Source of the DNA: Candidatus Woesearchaeota archaeon
GTDB taxonomy: Archaea > Nanobdellota > Nanobdellia > Pacearchaeales > GW2011-AR1
DNA length: 64,000 nt
Assembly (NCBI GenBank): GCA_964412025.1
Contig: CAYPLY010000001.1
Coordinates: 4,797 to 68,796, forward strand
Direction: 5' to 3'
The notes beneath the pieces were generated by a model. The model saw only the letters and a program-made list of their open reading frames with translations. It did not search any database and was not told the DNA's origin. The position numbers were made by a program, and so were the translations under genes. Shown here piece by piece: positions 19,109-30,200 of this stretch (positions are counted from its first letter, which is position 1; each line of letters starts with the position of its first letter).

Positions 19109-20815
19109 TTGATGAAAAAGGGATTGATGTTTTGGGGTATTTTTTTATCTCTATTTATATTATTTATAGGATTTGTATTGGCTGATGCAGATATAACCGG
19201 ACAAACCATAACGGGGGAAGCTGTTACAGGAAAGGCATTGCAATCTTCTTTGGCATTAAATATCACTGTTACCCTCCCTATTCCAGTTATAACCATATTA
19301 AGTCCTAAAAATGGAACTTATTTAACTAATGAATCAATTTTAATAAATTATTCTTCGGTTAATGCAGATAATGTTTGGTATAGTTTGGATTCGGGAAGCA
19401 ATATAACTTTGAATTCTCCCGTTTATATTAATGTTTCTCAAGGCCAACACACATTGTATATTTATGGAAACAATAGTTATGATTCTGTAACAGAAATGGT
19501 TTCTTTTGTTTCAAATTCAAGTTTATTCATAATTTTATATAGTGAGTATAATGGTTCCACAAGAGGAAATTCTACAGGTTTTATCAAATATACCTATGAG
19601 GATTTACAAGGTTTAAGTAGTATTGTCTTGGAGAACACACTCTATGGAAAAATAAGGTTTAATCAGGCAATAAATATAACTAATGATAGGATTAATTCAG
19701 ATAATTTATTGGATTTAGATTCCAATTCACAGGTTTCTTCAAATAGAATAGAGTTAAATGTTACAGAACTTCCTAATTTTAACACTTCTGCAACTTTATG
19801 GTTATATGGATTGTCTTTTACAAACCCCAGGATATTAAGAGAGGGGGTAATTTGTCCTACAGATGAATGTATTAAGGAGAGTTATTCTGGAGGGATATTA
19901 AGGTTTTATGTAAATCATCTTGGTATTTATTCTGCTGAAGAGACTCCTTATACTCCTCCTTCAACTGGGGGGGGAGGAGGTGGTGGAGGTTCTTCTTCTA
20001 CAGAAGTGTATGATGATACTCCTATTATCGATATAGTTGAGGATAACATTACTTTAATTTCTGATGAAATAAAAGTATCTTTAAATCCAGGGGAAACTAT
20101 TTTCCAGGATTTTTATTTGATGAATGCTTATGATGGAATTGTTGAGGCAGATATAAGTTTTGTAGGTATTGAAAATTTTGTTAGCGTAAGTGAAACAAAT
20201 ATTATTCTTCCTTACCAGGAGATAAAAGCATTAAAACTTAATTTTTCAATTCCAAAAGATACACCTCCAGATAATTATGTTGGGAAGATATTGGTAAAAT
20301 CAAATGGAGTTATTTATGAATCTGTCATTTCTATAGATGTTCAATCTGTTGAGTCTCTCTTTGATGTTCGTTTAGAGATGGACGAGGAGAAACTTCCTGC
20401 AACTCCTGGAAGTTATATTTGGTTTAAGACCTTAATTTATAATTTGGGTGGTGATGAGGACGTTGAGGCATATTTAGAATATTCTATTAAGGATAGTTCG
20501 GGAGGGGTAATCTTTGAGGGAGAGGATCTTGTGTTGGTAGGAGATTATCTTGAAAAGGAGGGAAAAATTAAGCTTCCAAGGGATATTTCAGATGGAAAAT
20601 ACGTTCTCTCAACAAAGATAGGTTATGAAGGAAAGACTGCTGTTACAAGCGTTAGCTTTGATATTCAAAGAAGAAAATTACCCAAAATATGGAAGATTTT
20701 AATCCCTATACTTGTAATATTTTTATTATTGTTTATATTATGGTTTATTGGTAAGAAGGATGAGAAAAAGAGAAAAAGAGAACAAGAGAAAAAGCACGAG
20801 TCTTTGAATTATTAA
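19109..20815 (+). CDS. surface glycoprotein-like protein with C-terminal TM anchor
   Basis: Signal peptide MMKKGLMFWGIFLSLFILFIGFVLA. Many N-x-S/T sequons. A poly-Gly/Ser linker PPSTGGGGGGGGSSS. C-terminal TM (ILIPILVIFLLLFILWFIG) followed by a K/R/E-rich tail. Confidence 0.65.
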   Translation: MMKKGLMFWGIFLSLFILFIGFVLADADITGQTITGEAVTGKALQSSLALNITVTLPIPVITILSPKNGTYLTNESILINYSSVNADNVWYSLDSGSNITLNSPVYINVSQGQHTLYIYGNNSYDSVTEMVSFVSNSSLFIILYSEYNGSTRGNSTGFIKYTYEDLQGLSSIVLENTLYGKIRFNQAINITNDRINSDNLLDLDSNSQVSSNRIELNVTELPNFNTSATLWLYGLSFTNPRILREGVICPTDECIKESYSGGILRFYVNHLGIYSAEETPYTPPSTGGGGGGGGSSSTEVYDDTPIIDIVEDNITLISDEIKVSLNPGETIFQDFYLMNAYDGIVEADISFVGIENFVSVSETNIILPYQEIKALKLNFSIPKDTPPDNYVGKILVKSNGVIYESVISIDVQSVESLFDVRLEMDEEKLPATPGSYIWFKTLIYNLGGDEDVEAYLEYSIKDSSGGVIFEGEDLVLVGDYLEKEGKIKLPRDISDGKYVLSTKIGYEGKTAVTSVSFDIQRRKLPKIWKILIPILVIFLLLFILWFIGKKDEKKRKREQEKKHESLNY

Positions 20816-20834
20816 TAATTCTTTGGAAATTAAA

Positions 20835-20906
20835 AGCACGGGGTGGGAGTCGAACCCACGAAAATTCGCTCTGCAGGCGAACGCAGTACCGTTGTGCCAC
20901 CCGTGC
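20835..20906 (-). tRNA. tRNA-Cys (GCA)
   Basis: The reverse complement folds as a cloverleaf. Acceptor GCACGGG/CCCGTGC; anticodon stem TTCGC/GCGAA; loop CTGCAGA; T-arm GTGGG-TTCGACT-CCCAC. The discriminator is U73, as expected for Cys. Confidence 0.65.
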
Positions 20907-20909
20907 GTA

Positions 20910-20999
20910 TGCCCCGGACAGGATTTGAACCTGCGACCCCTAACTTTCTTCTCTATTTATTAGAAGGCTAGTGCTCTATCCAGGCTGAGCTACCAGGGC
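20910..20999 (-). tRNA. tRNA-Arg (TCT) with an intron of about 15 nt in the anticodon loop
   Basis: Acceptor GCCCTGG/CCGGGGC; D-arm GCTC-AGCCTGGATA-GAGC; anticodon stem CTAGC...GTTAG. The 22 nt between the stem halves are CTTCTA[ATAAATAGAGAAGAA]A. T-arm GCAGG-TTCAAAT-CCTGT. The intron position is assumed to be the canonical 37/38 site. Confidence 0.55.
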
Positions 21000-21027
21000 T
21001 TGTTGTTTTGCCAAGAGTCAGATTGGA

Positions 21028-21066
21028 TTGTGCGTTAACACTTTATCCAGGCTGAACTACAGAGGC
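21028..21066 (-). pseudogene. degenerate 5'-half tRNA-like fragment (acceptor plus D-arm only) upstream of tRNA-Arg
   Basis: The reverse complement GCCTCTGTAGTTCAGCCTGGATAAAGTG resembles the first roughly 28 nt of the adjacent tRNA-Arg (GCCCTGGTAGCTCAGCCTGGATAGAGCA). The D-stem cannot pair and no T-arm follows. Confidence 0.35.
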
Positions 21067-21123
21067 ATAGATTATAAATAAATTATTCATCCGACTATTT
21101 AAAAGGTTTTGTTTTAAAGATAA

Positions 21124-22026
21124 TTAAATCTCAAACTCATCGAGGTCTTCTGCAATAGAAACATTTTTGAAAGAGGTTTTTGCATCATATAAAAGCTCTT
21201 TTAATCTGTTATCATATCTTTGAGAGATATGGGTAAGTATCAGCTTTTTTGCTTTTGCATATTGGGCTATTTCTCCATCTTGTTTTGCAGTTAAATGCAT
21301 GTGTTCTTTAGCTTCTTTTTCATTTTCTGAACTAAAACTTGAATCGCATACTAAAAAATCTGCATTTTCCACAAATTTCTTAATTTTGAGGTTAAATAAT
21401 GTATCCAAGACAAATGAAACCTTTTTTCCTTCCTCTTTGTAAGTTAAGTCTTTTGCCTTGTATTTCTTATTATTATAGATAATATCTTTTCCTTCTTTTA
21501 TATTCTTTAAAAGCGGTCCTTCAGGTATCTTGTATTTTTTTAATTTAGATTTGTCTATTCTTATTTTCGATTTAATAACAAAATTATATGCATTTGTAGG
21601 TATCCCATGTTGCATGCTCTCTGCCTCTAAATAAAATTCTTCATTTTCATAAAACTTGCCCGAGACTTCTTCTATTCCTATTTTGAAATTATTTTTTAAA
21701 TTCTTTAGATCAATAAAATTTTCAATTATTTTTTTAGCTCCTTTTGGACAGTATATGTTCAGTTTTTTGTTATATCCACTGAAATTTAAAGTAGACAATA
21801 ATCCTGGGAGTCCAAAAGTATGATCTCCGTGGATATGTGTGATAAGTATCTTTGTAAGCTTGCATGGGTTTAATTTGGCTTTTCTGAATTGTCTTTGTGT
21901 TCCTTCTCCACAATCCACAAGAATATTTTCTTCTTTGTAACTTAAAAGGATTGAAGTATGATTTCTCTTAGCAGTAGGTATTTGTGCCGATGTTCCTAAG
22001 AAAATTATTTTTATCTTCGATGCCAT
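21124..22026 (-). CDS. rnz: ribonuclease Z (tRNA 3'-processing endonuclease, metallo-beta-lactamase fold)
   Basis: HxHxDH zinc motif in LITHIHGDHTFGLPGLL. N-terminal IIFLGTSAQIPT. 300 aa. Confidence 0.85.
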   Translation of the reverse strand: MASKIKIIFLGTSAQIPTAKRNHTSILLSYKEENILVDCGEGTQRQFRKAKLNPCKLTKILITHIHGDHTFGLPGLLSTLNFSGYNKKLNIYCPKGAKKIIENFIDLKNLKNNFKIGIEEVSGKFYENEEFYLEAESMQHGIPTNAYNFVIKSKIRIDKSKLKKYKIPEGPLLKNIKEGKDIIYNNKKYKAKDLTYKEEGKKVSFVLDTLFNLKIKKFVENADFLVCDSSFSSENEKEAKEHMHLTAKQDGEIAQYAKAKKLILTHISQRYDNRLKELLYDAKTSFKNVSIAEDLDEFEI

Positions 22027-22260
22027 AAAATATAGAATGAAATAGGATTTTTATAGTTAGTGATTTGTTTCATTTAGCATAATTGAGTAATAAGTTATCT
22101 GTAATTTAACATTGTAATTGCTGAACAAGATTATAAGGATTAGCTGTTAATAGAAGATTTATTTTTTCTAAAGCTCACGCTAAGTTTAATACGCCGAGAA
22201 AAAGCCCAGCGAAAAATAAAGCAACGCTTAATTCTTTAATTTTTGAAGTTATTGAGGGAT

Positions 22261-22518
22261 TTATTCCTTCTTAAGTGCAGTTGAAGCAGGAGAGATATAT
22301 ATTATTGTATCTCCTCTAAGGAAAGTCAAACCAAGACTTTTTTTAAGTTCGCCTTCGTGCATTTCCTTAACGTTATCCAATACCAAATTGATATGGATAT
22401 CGAAAGCCAATAATGTACCCACAAAGTACTTATCGCCCTTCAAATGTACTAAAACTTCTTTACCTTTTGATGTGTTCAACAAATCCAAAGGTCTTTCAAT
22501 TCCATTAGCCATATTCAC
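22261..22518 (-). CDS. Sm-like archaeal protein (SmAP/LSm)
   Basis: Sm1/Sm2 fold pattern: RPLDLLNTSKGKEVLVHLKGDKYFVGTLLAFDIHINLVLDNVKEM. 85 aa. Confidence 0.8.
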   Translation of the reverse strand: MNMANGIERPLDLLNTSKGKEVLVHLKGDKYFVGTLLAFDIHINLVLDNVKEMHEGELKKSLGLTFLRGDTIIYISPASTALKKE

Positions 22519-22609
22519 AATATATTAAATTCGTTTTTAAACTTTTCTTATATTTTTTACAATAAATTTTTATAAAAAGGTTTATAAACAAAAAATCAAC
22601 TATGATAGT

Positions 22610-22975
22610 ATGAGATTAGGAAGAAAGATTACTGGAGGAAGGTATATTAAGAGTAGGAAGAAAAAGAAACATTCTCTTTCTGGTCAGAAGAAAACAGTGA
22701 AACTTTCTCCGATTGAAAAGAGAAAATCAACAAGAGTCAGAGGGGGAGATAAAAAAAATTATCTTCTTAGGGCTAAGTTTGTAAATATACAAGAAAAAGG
22801 AAAAAAATCTAAAAAAGTTGAGATAAAAAATGTTCTTGAAACCCCTTCAAATAAATTCTTGGCTAGGCAGAATGTTCTTACAAAAGGAACAATAGTTCAG
22901 ACTGAGGTGGGCAGAGTTAAGATAACCAACAGACCTTCTCAGGAAGGGATGATTAATGGGGTTTTGGTTGAATAA
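22610..22975 (+). CDS. rps8e: 30S ribosomal protein S8e
   Basis: N-terminal GRKITGGRY motif. 121 aa, basic. Confidence 0.85.
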   Translation: MRLGRKITGGRYIKSRKKKKHSLSGQKKTVKLSPIEKRKSTRVRGGDKKNYLLRAKFVNIQEKGKKSKKVEIKNVLETPSNKFLARQNVLTKGTIVQTEVGRVKITNRPSQEGMINGVLVE

Positions 22976-23096
22976 TTCTTCCAAAACGCTTAAAAACCCA
23001 GATATTTCTTCCTTGTAAAGTATACGAAAGCTTTATAAAGGGGAAAACTTTATAAACCATATTATTAAACCTTGAAATAGTAAAATATAATTCATT

Positions 23097-24032
23097 ATGG
23101 CCGGAATAAGAAAATGTCCTGAATGTGGGAGTATCAATTTAACTTACGATTCTCATCTTGGAGAGGTAATTTGTAATGATTGTGGTCTTGTTGTAGAAGA
23201 AAAGATGGTTGATACAGGGATGGACCTGTCTGGAAAGTTTGATAAAAGTGAAAAAAAGGGAAGAGGTGGAGCTCCAATTTCCATACAAAAATTTGATAAG
23301 GGTTTAACTACAAATGTTGGGGAGATTTCTGATATTTATAGGCTTGAGCCAAAGCAAACAAGAAAGTTTTTGAGATTGAAAAAATGGCAGGAGAGGGTTT
23401 CAACTTCAATTGAAAGAAATTTAAGACTTGCAATGGCAGAGTTAAGGGTTATTGCCTCTTATCTTAATTTGCCCAATGTTGTAAGAGATGAAGCTTCAAG
23501 GATATACAATTATGTTCTTCAAAGAGGGTTGGTAAGAGGACGAAGTATGGAATCTGTCATTGCTGCCTGTCTTTATGCTGCCTGTCGTTCTTATAATATT
23601 CCAAGAACGCTTGATGAGATGGCAACAGCTTCCGATGTTGAAAGAAAAGAAATAGGAAGGACTTATAGATTTATTATAAGGAAATTAGGAATAAAAGTAA
23701 ATCAATCTTCTCCAAAAGATTATGTATCAAGATTTTCTTCAGTGTTAAAATTAAGTCCAAAGACACAGAATGATGCTTTAAAGGTATTAAAACAAGCAGA
23801 AGATGTTGAGCTTACTTCCGGAAGAGGTCCCGCAGGAATTGCTGCAGCAGCACTCTACGTCGCTGCTTTGATGAATGATGAAAAGAAAACTCAGAGAGAG
23901 GTTGCAGATATTGCGGGGATAACTGAAGTTACAATAAGAAACAGATATAAAGAATTAATAGAAAAACTTAAACTTGAAGAAAAGATAAAACAGAAAGAAT
24001 CTGAATCTAAGAAAAAGAAACAACAGGATTAA
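23097..24032 (+). CDS. tfb: transcription initiation factor TFB (TFIIB homologue)
   Basis: N-terminal zinc ribbon CPECGS...CNDCG followed by two cyclin-fold repeats (RGRSMESVIAACLYAACR...). 311 aa. Confidence 0.9.
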   Translation: MAGIRKCPECGSINLTYDSHLGEVICNDCGLVVEEKMVDTGMDLSGKFDKSEKKGRGGAPISIQKFDKGLTTNVGEISDIYRLEPKQTRKFLRLKKWQERVSTSIERNLRLAMAELRVIASYLNLPNVVRDEASRIYNYVLQRGLVRGRSMESVIAACLYAACRSYNIPRTLDEMATASDVERKEIGRTYRFIIRKLGIKVNQSSPKDYVSRFSSVLKLSPKTQNDALKVLKQAEDVELTSGRGPAGIAAAALYVAALMNDEKKTQREVADIAGITEVTIRNRYKELIEKLKLEEKIKQKESESKKKKQQD

Positions 24033-24139
24033 ATTTATTCTTTAAATAAAAATATTATTGTTCTATCCACCCTTAAATTTTGTTTGAATTATAAATTAAT
24101 AAATGGATGATTAATAACAAAATTTCTAAACCCTAAACC

Positions 24140-24149
24140 TTTTTATATG
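24140..24149 (+). promoter_or_regulatory. TATA-like box upstream of tRNA-Leu
   Basis: TTTTTATATG lies about 25-30 nt upstream of tRNA position +1. Confidence 0.3.
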
Positions 24150-24170
24150 CATGATTTTTAAATTCCATAT

Positions 24171-24254
24171 GCGGGGGTGCCGGAGTGGTCAAACGGGTCA
24201 GATTTAGGCTCTGATAGCTCAGTGCTTACCTAGGTTCGAATCCTAGCCCTCGCA
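24171..24254 (+). tRNA. tRNA-Leu (TAG), type II with long variable arm
   Basis: Acceptor GCGGGGG/CCCTCGC with discriminator A; anticodon stem TCAGA/TCTGA; loop TTTAGGC; long variable arm TAGCTCAGTGCTTACC; T-arm TAGG-TTCGAAT-CCTA. Confidence 0.8.
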
Positions 24255-24258
24255 TTTC

Positions 24259-27200
24259 TTAAATACACTTTGCTCTCCAAACATGAGTTATATACCAAGT
24301 AGTTCCAAATGGATTTGTGTATGTCTTTGAACTAATATCTACAGACTGCCCTCCATCATGAATAATTGTTATCCCTGGACTTGTTGATGCATAATTAGAG
24401 AAGATAGTTATGTGCTGATATTCTCTGTCATAACTTCCACTTCCCCCCCATATAATTAAATCCCCCTCTTTCAATCCGGTTTTCCATTCTGATTCTGGTA
24501 TCTCGGTGAAATCCGCTTTATCAAAAATATCTATTAGTTCCATTATAGCATCTCTATAAGGTATTGTATCGGATGTGCAGCTTTGAAATTGTGGGAGGGT
24601 ATCTGCTTCGATTAATACATTAGATACAAAAGTAGCGCAAACATTATCATAAACAATTGCTCCGTTTTCAACACGGGTTGTATCTTCTCCAAGCTTATTT
24701 TTTGCTATTGATAGTATTCTTTTGCCCGTTTGTGAATTATCACAACTTGAAGGAGCCTCCCCATTGTATAATCTAACTAATTCAAAATATTTCTCTTTAA
24801 CATTTCTAACATAGTTTGAGTCTCCGGTTGAACAGTCAGTATTCCATCCATTATATCCTCTTAAAGCATATTCCCATCCACTATACCTTTCAATAGGGTT
24901 AACACAAGTATAAATTTTACTTGAGGAACTATATGCTTCCTTTAATACTTGTGCTCCTATATTGATATTTAATTGTTCATTGGATAATAAAATAGATTTG
25001 CATTGGGTAATATCTGAGGGTAAACCTTTAGTTCCACAATGTATTGTGTTGATTTGCATTAATCCATTATCTCCCCCAGAAGTTACTGATCTACAAGATG
25101 ATTCTTGGACCATTATTGCAAGCAATAACAATTCATCCGGGATATTGCTACTGGCTGAACTAGCAGCACTTGTAATCCATTTAGCGTACTCATCACAATT
25201 TTCTCCACAAGAACATCTTAAATTAGTGTTTAAAACTCCCAGAGTAGACAATGCTTTCATTAAATTAGTCAGTTTTGTTAAATCTCTTCTTTGAAGCTGA
25301 GAATCAAGTGTATTTGTGTATGTTGTGGGAGTTTCTCCTTCTCCAAATGCTTCCGACATTTCTTGTATTTCTTCTGAGGAGTAATCAAACAGAATAGCAG
25401 CCCCCTTATATAAATCACTTTCTTTTAACATCGTTATAATATTTTTTTGCTCTTCGTTAAATCCAGGAGCAACATTTGACATACTTTGCCAAACACCTCC
25501 TCCCTCGAACATATCATCAATTTGCCAGAACCAATCTCCATTCTCATATTTGTAGTAAAGTTTTTTCATTGGTTCATAATCAACATCCTTAAATTTAACA
25601 GTGAATAGTCCTTCTTCATCTAGAGTCGTTGTTTCTAAAGTTTCATCCGAAAGTTCGGCGTTTTTATCTCCAATTATCTTGTTTATAAGTATTTTTAGTC
25701 CTCCAAGATAATCTCCATCTTTATCTTGTAGTGCAATTATAAGTTCTTCATTTTCTTCAGAAACATGATTTGTATATTCGGTTCCTAAACTATCTACATC
25801 ATACCATGGCACTGTTGTGCTACATGTAAATGCAAATTGCCATTTAGAGTTATAATATCTATAACACCTGTCATCTAACGTTAAAGGATTTTTATCATTG
25901 AAATGGAAATAGGGTGAAATATATTTTGCATTAAATTGTGCTTGAAGATTTTCGGGAGTGGAGGTTGTTGTCCCTCCTGTACTTGTTCCTGTAGATGTTC
26001 CTCCTGTTGTGGTTCCACTAACAATTGCTGCTTCCATTAAATTAACCGAATATTCTCCAATTGCAAGAGCAGAATATAACTGTCCTCTCATTAAAAATAA
26101 CTTTGCTTTTTGGTTGTTAAAGAATATTTTATCCCATAGTTCATCTATCATTTCTATTTTCTTTTTAACATATGTCTCATCTTTTATATCTTCTATAGCT
26201 TCCTTGAATTCTTTGGTTGTAAGATAATCTCCTTCATTGAACAGGACATTTTCATAGTTTGTTGCAGTTTGGCTTAGTATGTTATCTTCTATATTCAATG
26301 AGTGGACTATTTCTTTAACCTTATCTCTATCAAGCCAACACTTTACTTTTGTATCTCCACATACTCCCACAGGAGTCCATCTTGCTTCTTCTGGATCTTC
26401 CCATGATTCATCTGTTCCTTTTCCAGGATTGTCTGTTGCACACACTCTTATTATTCCGTTTTCGTATATCTTTGGGTCTAAAATTTCCTCTGCTGCGTTT
26501 TGAATATTAGGGTTTAACAAACTGTATAAACTTGCTGTTCCAGAAATACATTCCTCTTCTGTTTTTACCTGGGTTGTCGTTTGTTCTTGTATATATAATT
26601 CGCTCATGTAATTAACTGCAAAAGATGTTGAAACCTGCTCGAAATCACAGTTTTCTCTTCCGTTTACTGTAATGCATAAATATTTGAATCCGGATGGTGC
26701 TGTAAAGTCTGTACTGTTTGTTGCATATTCTCCTGCAGGAATATATCCTGATGCAACCTTTCTATCAAACATAGTATCTTGATAGTAAGAGCTTCCTGTT
26801 CCTTGTTTTAATGCAACCTGATAATAAACTCCAGTGTCCTTTCCTGCATATATATGGTATGAAACTTTATAATGGGAAGTAGGAGGGTTTGTTGCTGTGG
26901 TGTAGGGTATCTCCTGGAATTTTCCTGTGTATTGTGTTGGAGAGTCTGGGTCGGTTAAGCTATCAAGGAAATCTCCGCTTCCAGGGAAGATTACTGAAGG
27001 GAAGCTTTTGCAAACTTCAGCACCTACTTCATCTGTTGAACGTAGTTTGAATGCTTTCCAGGAGTTTTCAGCATAGAATCCTTTGAAAAATTCTATTGAA
27101 TCCTGGGCTTTTGAAAGTGCATCCTTTACCCCCAGATATTCTCCTCCTCCACGAGGGTTTTCTTTGAATATTGCACTTAATATCTTGGGTATGGTCAATT

Positions 27201-30200
27201 TTGCAAGAGGAAGGGCCTGTCTCCAGAAGAAATCACAAATATATATGCTATATACTTCATCACAAATTCCTACCGTTTCTCCAGTTTCTATATTTTGTTG
27301 AAGACAATCTCTGTAAGATTTTTGTACGCTTAAAAATCCATCCAATCCTGTTTGTACTCCTGATACACATATTGGAACAACTATTCCTTCTTTTGCATTA
27401 GGAAGACATAAAGCTATACTTCCTATTACTCCTGATTGTATAACATCCTGAACTGGATATGTTCCTCCCAAGTCGCATCTTGAGCTTGGACATACAACAG
27501 GATCACATACATTGAATAGTATTTGACATTCTTTAGGGGACATGAAATCCTGACATTGTACTGCAGGGGTTTGTACTGCAGGACTTCCAACATCATAGGA
27601 CACTCCTCCTATTCTAACTCTTCTTGCTCCACTTGCATATGCTCTTTGTGCTTCTTCAATTGATTGTCTTGCTTTTTCAACCATTGCAGAAGCTTCGTTT
27701 TCACTTAATCCTAAAACCTGATTTAATGCCTGTCCCGTTCTCAGGTTAATCATTTCACATTTATCATCTCTTGCCTCACTGAAAAAATCTTCCAACCCGT
27801 CCTGTCCAACATTACAAATCCAGAAAACTTCTATTCTTCCAGAATCGTCATAAGCCTTTAGAGTTTCAGAAGTAAGCATTGGTTTTGTTGCTGCATACCA
27901 TCCAGTTGCTTTATCAAGAGGAACTATTGCGGGATTTCCCTTATTTGGTTCTTCTTCATAGTATTTTAATTCAGCATTTTTATAGGTGTTTTTCAAGGAG
28001 TTTTTATCGTATCTTTGGAAGACTATATTGAAAGGGTTTTCCTGGACAACCCCCTCTTCTTTACCATTTTCTCGATACAAGGAAATTGTTTTTGTTGTTT
28101 CATCAATCTTGTAAGTTTGTTCCACTACCCCTTTATCTCCATCAAGTTTGTAAGTTAATAAGAATGTTCCAAATCCTCTTTCATCTTTTACAACATAAAC
28201 TGGTTTGTTTCTGTCTATTGAGGCACCAGTATAACCATTCTTAACATATTCTGTGTTTGCAAAAGTCTCTATATAGTAAACTGGAATTTCTGTTGTTTTT
28301 ATCCCTTTTAGGTTCCATACTCCGCTACTGGATAACCCACTTGTTTCTTTTAGAGAGATTTGAGAAGAATAAGTTTGGGAGTTAACCTGAACATCTCTTA
28401 GAACAGTATATAGTCTTTTTGTTGCTGTTTCTTTTAATTCATCACTGGAACTAGGATCGTTTAATATTTCAGAGTATAACCCTATTTCTTTAAGTTGGTC
28501 TGTGCTGTATACTCCTTCCTTAAATCCCCCCTCTGTAAGGATGTTGTTTATGTTTTGGAATTCAATTTTTTTTGTTTCTGATATTTCTTCGTTGTTTATT
28601 GCTTGTTGAATTGAACTTTCACTCAAAGTTTCTCGTGTTTTTTCAGAATAATCATTTATCCATCCTTCTTGGGTATTTGTTCCTTCTTCTGCTTTTTTTA
28701 TTCTTTGATTTTCAAATTGAATGTATTTGTAAGTTTCTTCAACTTGGGAATCTATTTCATCTGCATTTTTGTAAAAACAAGAATCTAGAGAAGGATATTC
28801 TCTCGGATTATCTCTGACTAGATTTTCACATTTTTCAGTCCATCCATTTTCTCCCTGCATTACTTTTTGCCTTGCAATGGATTTTCCTCCCATATTTGAG
28901 AGCATATTTTTGAATGTCAAGAAACCAGCTGTTCCAGTACATGCATATTTCCATACTTTAACAACTCCTGCTAAAGTGTTGGAGACTTTTTCTATGCTTT
29001 CTATTTGTTTGTTTAAGGTTTCAATTTTGCTTGCAGCTTTTTCAGGAGTTAGAGGGAAACTTCTTTTTTCAATTCCTACTTTGAAATTAAAATCTACCTC
29101 GCTATATTCAAAGTTCGTGTTTCCTCTTATTGCGACCTTTGCAGATTTTTCTAAGTTTATTTTCTTTAATGTGAAAACATATCCCCCGTATGGGAATGCT
29201 TTATCTATTTCAAGTTTCTTTGTGTCGCTTGCAAATCCTTTTTGCCAGGTGCTTTCATCAGCCACATAAATGTATACATCTGCAGATTCTGTTTCTAGAG
29301 AACTTAACATAATATATTCTTCTCTTTCAAGTTCATTTTCTCTAAATCCTTCCAGGTTTATCTTTTTGTCTTTTTCAAGTTCAAATGTTCTTGTTACCCC
29401 ATTTGGTCCTCTAACATAAAGCTCTACTCCATAATCTTCAAACTGAGGGTCATCTATTCCCAGAAGAGAAATTTCCTTAACTCTTCCATTAATTGAGACT
29501 TCCATTGTTGAAAGTGTATCGCTTGAGATTCTATAATCGTCCTCACAAATTGATAAAACAGTTGGATAAAGAGTAGACTCTTCATATCTTTCTTTAAATT
29601 CCTCACATAATTCCAATGCTGTTCTTTTTTTGTTTAATTTTATTGACAACGCAATTGCTTCATATAATGCTCTTTCTCCATACGTTTCAATAGAGCTCTC
29701 GGAATCTTTTTCTCCGGAGAAACTTGATCTAACAGTTTGGAAGTCATTCATTGCATTTTCGTAATATTGATTAAAAAGCTCATCAGGAGAATCGGTGTAT
29801 GTTGCTCTCTCAACAATAAGCTTGTTTTCTTTAGGGATTATTCTTGCTCCTATAATATGTTCGAAGAAATCGTCTAAGTTGGAAGGAGGATCGAAATTGC
29901 TATTTGTTGATAGAGTATAATTAGAAGGACAATTTAGATAATTATTGCATCCTGTTTCTGAATAAAAAGCTCCGTATTTTTTTAGAAGACTTGTTTTTGC
30001 AACTATATCGTCTGCACCCAATATAAGTATTGATTGTCCAAGGTCTGATTTTAATTCTTCAACAATTAAACCTGTCTTTTCATTTCCTTGTTTTATGGTG
30101 TATATAGTTCTTCCAAATAGTGAGAATATGGAAGTATCTCTTTCTAAGCTATATTCGTTTTCTTCTATTTTTAAAATCCCCTGGTCTGCTCCTTCTCCAA

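Noticed and set aside
20816-21123. Possibility that the third tRNA-like unit (21028-21066) is a complete tRNA or a Nanoarchaeum-style split 5'-half gene
   Set aside because: No T-arm or anticodon arm can be found in either direction before the next gene. The D-stem cannot pair. There is no GC-rich complementary leader as in true split halves. It is reported instead as a degenerate fragment.
22027-22260. Possible small RNA between rnz and the Sm gene (GCTCACGCTAAG...GCCCAGCG)
   Set aside because: Only weak, short complementary segments. It is more likely promoter or terminator space for the two minus-strand genes.
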